From: Psilocybe cubensis
Taxonomy: Eukaryota
NCBI GenBank assembly: GCA_017499595.2
Contig: CM038998.1
Location: forward strand, 4,154,001-4,218,000
Length of the DNA stretch: 64,000 nucleotides
Reading direction: 5' to 3'
The notes under the pieces were generated by a model, which did not search any database, was not told the origin of the DNA, and worked only from the letters and a program-made list of their open reading frames with translations. Numbering within the stretch: the stretch's first letter is position 1; the number at the start of each line of letters is the position of its first letter. The position numbers and the translations under genes are program-made. Below are positions 60,948 to 64,000 of this stretch, piece after piece.

Positions 60948-63328
60948 ATAACCCCCAAAAAAACCTTCAACTCTCCCTTTTCTCAAGAGGATGACATTTT
61001 CAGCTCAACACATGAACCTAATTGATTTTCTACGTCCTAGGATCACTTGGGCAACTTTCCCTCTACCCCTATATATGGAACACGTGACTCAGGATTATTC
61101 ATATTTCCCAGAGCCATTCCTCAGAGCAGAAATCTAGCAGCTGGGTTGACAAGTTCACTATAGTTGAAGAGACACGACACTTCCGACTGTCTACTAACAT
61201 CGAAGGCATGTCTTAAATACCCCTACGCCTACGCAACCGACATGGCCTTCTCGGACCAAACTGTCATCCATCAGTCGCCAACCGGAGGGTTCTTATGGAG
61301 CGCTTTGTATTCTGACATGTTTATTCTTGATGCGAAGTCGTCGTTCCTGAAGTACTCCTTCATCATGCATTAATTGCTATGCACCTCCTCTCCATGTCCT
61401 CCCTGGCCCTACTTCTTCAGTATCGATCGCCTATGGAGTCTCTTAAGCCAACCCATTGGAATTGACTGTGCTTTACGCCGAATAAAAAACGTGCTTCTCA
61501 GCGGTTCAATCCTGGCACCGGATTCATATACACAAGCCAATCAGCTTCAAACCCCTACCTCTGCTCTGCCTTCAATGTATATCTTAATCTTTTCTTCAGC
61601 CGCTCAATGCAAACCATATTTCGAGACCGAAGGCGGGATTCAACAAGCACCGGTTTATATGATATTGGAGAAGTCGACTGTTTCGCGTCTCCCAGCGTCC
61701 GGCTTGCATAGTCGGCTTTCGCTGCTTATCAATTAGCTAATCGCCTTCTTTTGCGAGTCTAACTGGTTGAAAATCCCCGTTGGCAACATCAAGCATATTA
61801 ATGATTTAAGTGTTGCATATCAAAGGATCATAGAACTTTGCCGTTTATCTCGCCTGACGTGGTGGCCTTCACTCAATTGAAGAAGGTGATGATACCATTT
61901 GCTTAACCATCAGGAAGGAGTGTTATCTGCTCTGGCATCGTAAGAGTGGGACGTCTGATAACTTATCGACTAACTACAATTGAACCTTTCTGAATTGAGC
62001 TTCCTAGCACGCCGAACTCGACTCTATCGCGTCGATAAGACTGACATGGGTGTTGCGCGTCAAAAATTTTCCGCGCTCGTTCAAGAGTGCATAGTTGGAA
62101 ACCGGCGTCAGTCTAAGGCGGTAGAGTTTGCTATTCAAAGCTGGTGTGTGTGAATCATAACACAATGTCGCATTGACATCAATAAGTCGGACAGCAGCCA
62201 TCCGCTTGCGGCGTTGTTCCGTTGGTTTTGAGAGCTTTTGGGAGTGGCGGGGTTCTACTCTAGCTTCACTTGCACTAATCCGTCGGGCTATTAAACGTGC
62301 TACTCACAACACAACTATTCAAGTGAGTGAAAGTGTTAGCAAACATGCTAACTTATTTTTGACGCGGTGGTTCATTTCCTGGTAGAGCAAGGCCAAATGT
62401 ACGATCTGGCTTCAGGCTAAACGTTAGGCCGCGGAAAAGTTAAAGTTCTGATCAACCTCCCTTTCTTTGTCTCTTATCGTCCACTGGATGAGAGTTCCTG
62501 GTTCTTGCGTGATACTGTTTGCGTGCATGTTAGTACTATATAAACTGGTCTGATCGCAAATTTATCTGATTCTCACAGAATGTGTATGTTGTACTTTTGA
62601 AGACAAAGCAATCAAAGAAATCTTTTCGCTTCTCATACCTGCAGAAATGAAGTTCATTACATTAGACTTCGTGTGAACATCTACAAACATCCGAGTCGGT
62701 CAACATCGGATAATTCAAAGATAGCCCTAGATCGAAGAAGGCCGTCTTGTAATTGACACAAGCTGAGCGGTGTTCTTCAACCAACTCCTGTCTCAACTTT
62801 AATGTTCAAGCCTCAACCCACCCCAAGGCTCAATCCTTATAGGGAGCACAGAGTAGATAAGGTAAATATGTTATTTTGAGCTTCGTATGTTTGAAGTTTG
62901 TTGGTCACTTTTCTACAGAGGTTCGTCGCATCGTATCTTGTCATCCCGGCGATCGTCTGTCCTAATCCGTTGTCACGCCAAATGTTCCTGGCGTACCTTA
63001 TAATAATTACCTACGATGTCGTATGAAATGACATCGGGCCAAGCAAAAAATAGTACGAGACGGTATGTACGGAAAAAGCACTATCGCTATAAGCGTGGTG
63101 CCGCCATGCCACCTAGTTGCTGCACGGCGGCAGTGCAGATGCTTCGAAGTTCGACGGTTTCCAAAACGCCATTCCGAGTCATGAAAGGGATAATTGTCCC
63201 TGATACCATCTATTAAATACATAGCGCCGCTAAGTCCCCTTATACTTGATCTTGACCTTCACCTTGTATTTCGACACCACCTCTCACCGAAAGAATCCGT
63301 ATCATCTCTTACTTCTACAGACGGCAGA

Positions 63329-64000
63329 ATGACTGGTTCAACACCGCCTGTTCCATTCCCCGCCACCTCACAGACCCCTTCATTACCGTCCAATGGAAGT
63401 AATGTATCATTATCTCTGGTCAGTGCAACAATGGCAACGACGACGGCATCCCAGCAGGCGTCCGCACCGCAAGTCCGCGTCGGAGGTGCCCGTCCTCCTG
63501 TTCGTCCAGGGCTCGTTTATAACGTGGCCCCCCACCCTTCCCCTATGCCCCAGTCACCAAGTCAGATCCTAAACGCTGGACCCTCGATACAGCGCATGTC
63601 CAAGGTGTACTCTTCGACTGCTGAGGCAATCGCCAACTTCAAGCCAACGCCACGCGAGGTGATCAGTGGAATTGCACCACACGTGTTTGATGAGAGGAAA
63701 AGGAGGCGCAGTCAGCGGCGGAGTCAAGGACATGGAGCCCCAAAGCCATATTGGTATGAGAACGGGCAGAAAAGGTCGTCGCCTCTGCGAGGCGCGACTA
63801 TCATTGCATGGGACGAGCATTCGATTTATCTAGGTGAGTCTATCTGGTCCTCATTCACTGGCAGATATTGACATCTGTATCACAGAACAACCCGACCACA
63901 AGCGGGCGACGTCACCTGAGAAAAAGGTCGAACGCGAACTTACTCCTGGGTCCGAGACTGAGCAGGTGCAGGAATCGACCACGTCCGACCAAACAGAAAG
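63329..64000 (+). CDS. Hypothetical Ser/Pro/Thr-rich protein, 3'-partial
   Basis: Open frame from ATG 63329 (MTGSTPPVPFP...) to a GTGAGT donor at ~63834, with a CACAG acceptor at ~63885; continues past the window edge. Confidence 0.5.

Overview
Intron-rich eukaryotic DNA, most likely from an agaricomycete (mushroom-forming basidiomycete), judged from short GT-AG introns with GTGCGT/GTGAGT/GTACGT donors and the gene families present. Conserved genes: arrestin-like protein (partial), APC11, a PSP1-domain protein, two tandem S10 serine carboxypeptidases flanking an intron-containing tRNA-Thr(AGT), a CUL4-like cullin, an M43 metalloprotease, a G-protein alpha subunit, an F-box-like protein, a kelch protein and WDR59/SEA3. 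Two accessory blocks (about 7.5-11.5 kb and 25-43.2 kb) each sit between direct duplications of host DNA. In both, the duplicated cores are nearly identical while the ends facing the block are eroded. The main finding is a four-level nest (27389-37566) of non-autonomous Helentron/Helitron2-like elements with asymmetric terminal inverted repeats, terminal hairpins and no TSD. These carry two convergent cargo genes and an array of covarying 41-bp palindromes. The G-alpha gene apparently needs a single-nucleotide exon (A at 46985) to encode a typical C-terminus. A CACAG-ended TIR element nested in a MITE occupies an intron of the kelch gene. All assignments are by eye; no searches were run.
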